A stretch of 58,480 bases of DNA from the NCBI GenBank assembly GCA_041576235.1, contig JBFGLJ010000001.1:1-58480 (forward strand), read 5' to 3'. This DNA is from Gemmatimonadales bacterium. GTDB taxonomy: Bacteria; Gemmatimonadota; Gemmatimonadetes; Gemmatimonadales; GWC2-71-9. Shown one piece after another: positions 56,019 through 58,480 of this stretch (positions are counted from its first letter, which is position 1; each line of letters opens with the position of its first letter). The position numbers and the translations under genes are program-made. Below the pieces are notes generated by a model, which saw nothing but the letters and a program-made list of their open reading frames with translations, ran no database searches and was not told the DNA's origin.

Positions 56019-57422
56019 TTATTGTGACAAGAGTTCCTGCCGCGCCTGTTCAACCCGCTCGCGATATTGACGATCGCGGGACATGAGCTTCTGCACTTTA
56101 TCCACGCTATGAATAACGGTCGAGTGGTCCCGGCCGCCGAAGGCATGCCCGATTTCGACCAGCTGCATTTGCAGGAGATCGCGGGCGAGATACATCGCAA
56201 TCTGGCGCGGCACGGTCAGGGTCTTGATCCGCGCCTTGGAGCGCAGGCCTTCGGGGGTCACTCCCCAGCGCCGGGCGACCACTTCCTGGACCCGACCCAC
56301 ACTGGGCACGGCTTTCGGCACCGTGGGGATGGCCTCGGCGCTCTCGCGAATCTTGTCGGACAGGGCCTCCCGGGCCAGGTCGATGCTGATTTCGCGATGC
56401 TTGAGGGACGCGAAGAGCAGGAGTTTGATGATGCAGCCTTCGAGCTCCCGGACGTTGGAGCGCACGTGCTCGGCGATGAAGCGGAGGACGTCGTCCGGGA
56501 TCGTGAGCTCGAGATGGTCCTGCTCCTGCTTCTTTCGGAGGATGGCGATGCGGTGTTCCAGGTCCGGCTGGCCAATATCCGCCACCATCCCCCATTCAAA
56601 GCGGCTTACCAGCCGGGCCTCGAGCCCGGGAATCTCCTTCGGCGCGCGATCGGACGTGAGCACGATCTGCTTCTTGCCCTCATAGAGGGCGTTAAACGTA
56701 TGAAAGAACTCTTCTTGGGTCATTTCCTTGCCCTCGAGGAAATGCACGTCGTCCACCAAGAAGAGGTCGACATCGCTGCGGTAACGGCGCCGAAACTCGG
56801 GCATCGTCCGCCCATGGATCGACTCGATCACCTCGTTGATGAACTGCTCGGCCCCGACGTAGAGGATGCGGGTGGTGGGCTCGCCCTTGCACACCGCTTG
56901 GGCGATCGCCTGCATGAGGTGGGTCTTCCCGAGCCCGGTGGATCCGTAGATGAAGAGCGGGTTGTAGGTCTTCCCGGGTGCCTCCGCGACGGCATGGGCC
57001 GCCGCCGCGGCGAGTTCGTTGGATTTCCCGATGACGAACGTTTCGAAAGAGTACCGGTCGTTGAGAGGCTGGGTCGTCGACTCCTCGCCGCTCAGCACCT
57101 GGGCCCGCCGCGCCCCCTCGGCGGGCGGGGCGACGAAGAAGTCCATTTGCGGCCGCCGCTGGCGGTCCTCCTGCACCCGAAAGACCACGGTTGTGACATG
57201 CCCCAGGACGGGCTCGGCAAGCTTGGACAGAATCTGCGCGTGCTTGGTCTCATTCCACTCAACCGCAAACTGGTCGGGTGCCCCGACGACCAGTTGGCCC
57301 TCGTCCAAGGCGATGGCCTTGGTGGGCTCGAGCCAGGTTCGGATGGCGTGATCGGGGAGTTCCCGGTGCGCAGATTCCAGGATGCGCTTCCACGCCTCTT
57401 GAGCGGTGAGTAGCACCGACAT
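56019..57422 (-). CDS. dnaA: chromosomal replication initiator protein DnaA
   Basis: 467 aa. NPLFIYGSTGLGKTHL, LVDDVHFL, SNVRELEG, and domain IV ...RQIAMYLARDL...IGHAFGGRDHSTVIHS. Confidence 0.97.
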   Translation of the reverse strand: MSVLLTAQEAWKRILESAHRELPDHAIRTWLEPTKAIALDEGQLVVGAPDQFAVEWNETKHAQILSKLAEPVLGHVTTVVFRVQEDRQRRPQMDFFVAPPAEGARRAQVLSGEESTTQPLNDRYSFETFVIGKSNELAAAAAHAVAEAPGKTYNPLFIYGSTGLGKTHLMQAIAQAVCKGEPTTRILYVGAEQFINEVIESIHGRTMPEFRRRYRSDVDLFLVDDVHFLEGKEMTQEEFFHTFNALYEGKKQIVLTSDRAPKEIPGLEARLVSRFEWGMVADIGQPDLEHRIAILRKKQEQDHLELTIPDDVLRFIAEHVRSNVRELEGCIIKLLLFASLKHREISIDLAREALSDKIRESAEAIPTVPKAVPSVGRVQEVVARRWGVTPEGLRSKARIKTLTVPRQIAMYLARDLLQMQLVEIGHAFGGRDHSTVIHSVDKVQKLMSRDRQYRERVEQARQELLSQ

Positions 57423-57549
57423 TCAGGTTTTCAGGGGTGAGGAGTTCATCAAGGGCAGCCGATAGTACGGGCCAAATGTGGAAAAGTCAACCTTGACCGG
57501 AACCCCCTTGCCGGACTAGCTTTTCCGGCTCATTGGAGGCATCAGATCG

Positions 57550-57711
57550 ATGAAACCGACGTACCGGCCGCGCAATCGCCGCCGCATCAATAAACACGGT
57601 TTCCGGGCGCGCATGGCGACCCGTTGGGGCCGGGCAATACTCTCCCGACGGCGCAAGAAGGGCCGGAAGCGGCTCGCCGTCTCCCTCCCGTCAAAGCATG
57701 GAGGCTCCTAA
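57550..57711 (+). CDS. rpmH: 50S ribosomal protein L34
   Basis: Not in the ORF track (53 aa). [44 protein letters not shown]... is the canonical L34 sequence. GGAGG SD 8 nt upstream. Confidence 0.95.
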   Translation: MKPTYRPRNRRRINKHGFRARMATRWGRAILSRRRKKGRKRLAVSLPSKHGGS

Positions 57712-58067
57712 CGCCCTCGCGGCGGCTCCCGCGAGGGCGTCGGCTCCGCAGGGCCGCCGACTTGCGACGAGTGCTGGATGATGGTCGCCGCTGTCGTACG
57801 GAGCATCTCGATATGATCTGGACCCCGAATAGGGAGGGCCATCCTCGCCTGGGACTCTTGGTTCCCAAGTACCAAGCGTCGGCCGTCGCTCGCAATCGTC
57901 TCCGGCGCCGGCTTCGAGAGCTCTGGCGCACGGAGGTCCAAGGCTTCCAGGGTGCCCGGGATCTCGTCATCCGAGCCCGTTCCCGGGCGTATGGCGCATC
58001 CTTCGAGGCGCTCCGAGGAGACCTCGCGCGCTGGCGAGACGCCCTTTCGGGCAGGGCCGGGGTGTGA
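57624..58067 (+). CDS. rnpA: RNase P protein component
   Basis: Conserved N-terminal RL(RRAA)[11 protein letters not shown] and [10 protein letters not shown] (RNR motif). The only canonical in-frame start upstream of the conserved motif is the TTG at 57624, inside rpmH. The start is therefore uncertain. Confidence 0.8.
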   Translation: MGPGNTLPTAQEGPEAARRLPPVKAWRLLTPSRRLPRGRRLRRAADLRRVLDDGRRCRTEHLDMIWTPNREGHPRLGLLVPKYQASAVARNRLRRRLRELWRTEVQGFQGARDLVIRARSRAYGASFEALRGDLARWRDALSGRAGV

Positions 58068-58297
58068 TGCCCATACCGGCCTCACTCCCGGGCCGCGCGA
58101 TTGTCGCGCTGATTCGGAGCTACCAAGTCGCCGTTTCCCCCTTCTTGCCACCGAGTTGCCGCTTCCGACCGACGTGCAGCCATTACGCCAGCGACGCGAT
58201 TACCCGGTATGGACTCGGCAAGGGTGCTTGGCTGGGCGCTCGCCGGCTCCTGCGGTGCCACCCGTGGAACCCCGGTGGGTTTGACCCAGTGCCGTAG
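58064..58297 (+). CDS. yidD: membrane protein insertion efficiency factor YidD
   Basis: [36 protein letters not shown]...RLLRCHPW is the canonical YidD sequence. GTG at 58064 or ATG at 58067; overlaps the rnpA stop. Confidence 0.9.
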   Translation: MMPIPASLPGRAIVALIRSYQVAVSPFLPPSCRFRPTCSHYASDAITRYGLGKGAWLGARRLLRCHPWNPGGFDPVP

Positions 58298-58313
58298 CAG
58301 GGTCTGACACCTC

Positions 58314-58480
58314 ATGGACCGTCGCTTCCTGTTGGCAATGTTGCTCTTCATTGCCATCATTGTCTTCCCCTCGCTCCTTTTCGAGCGCGCGGCCCCACCG
58401 CCGGGATCCGGGGACTCCTTGCCACCGCCGGCGGTCGAGTCGGTCCCGTCCCAGGCCACTCCCCCCCCGACCTCCCCCCC
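58314..58480 (+). CDS. yidC: membrane protein insertase YidC (N-terminal fragment; runs off the window)
   Basis: ATG at 58314. MDRRFLLAMLLFIAIIVFPSLLF is a TM1 anchor followed by a Pro-rich linker. Conserved position after yidD. Confidence 0.7.
   Translation, partial: MDRRFLLAMLLFIAIIVFPSLLFERAAPPPGSGDSLPPPAVESVPSQATPPPTSP

Noticed and set aside
56098-56106. Near-perfect DnaA box TTATCCACG
   Set aside because: It lies inside the conserved dnaA domain IV coding sequence (…HSVDKV…), so it can be explained by codon constraints. It is noted only as context for the oriC discussion.

Overview
This is a high-GC bacterial chromosomal window. The gene content (GWxTD protein, Tad pilus, SUF with SufR/SufU, many Ser/Thr kinases) suggests Gemmatimonadota or a related lineage, but I cannot verify that. 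It contains the replication-origin neighbourhood: rnpB, two small genes, then dnaN and dnaA on the minus strand, then rpmH-rnpA-yidD-yidC on the plus strand.

From left to right the window holds:
- **Tad/Flp pilus operon (minus strand, about 1-11.9 kb).** The order is flp-cpaA-tadE-cpaB-cpaC-tadG-tadZ-tadA-tadB-tadC. It is extended by three tightly coupled extra genes: a DUF192 protein, an AAA+ ATPase and a membrane-anchored repeat protein.
- **Envelope-modification cluster (12.1-20.8 kb).** This has polytopic membrane proteins, two methyltransferases, and a Thr-type 'sulfatase-like' enzyme sandwiched between two paralogous large membrane proteins.
- **SUF operon (minus strand).** The order is sufR-sufB-sufC-sufD-sufS-sufU, extended by a bacilliredoxin-like gene and a His-rich small protein.
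- **Housekeeping and accessory genes.** These are def, ppc, a TauE exporter, a PlpD-like patatin/beta-barrel (type Vd) protein, ferredoxin, a second sulfatase-like paralog, a hydrolase, rnd, a SufT/DCC/serine-hydrolase/metalloprotease operon, polA, a GWxTD protein, a Ser/Thr kinase, pyrE, a sulfotransferase, an AraC regulator, and a large kinase with a TPR-like C-terminal region.

I found no CRISPR array, tRNA, rRNA or mobile element.

The many long ORFs antisense to these genes are high-GC artefacts. The ORF track reports longest ORFs and allows GTG/TTG starts, so several starts were re-set from signal peptides, RBSs and ATGA/GTGA coupling. These starts remain uncertain.

The strongest candidates for something undescribed are:
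- the three-gene extension of the Tad operon;
- the paralog-sulfatase-paralog envelope module next to flp;
- the extra genes at the end of the suf operon.

All functional calls rest on motif recognition by eye, not on database searches.
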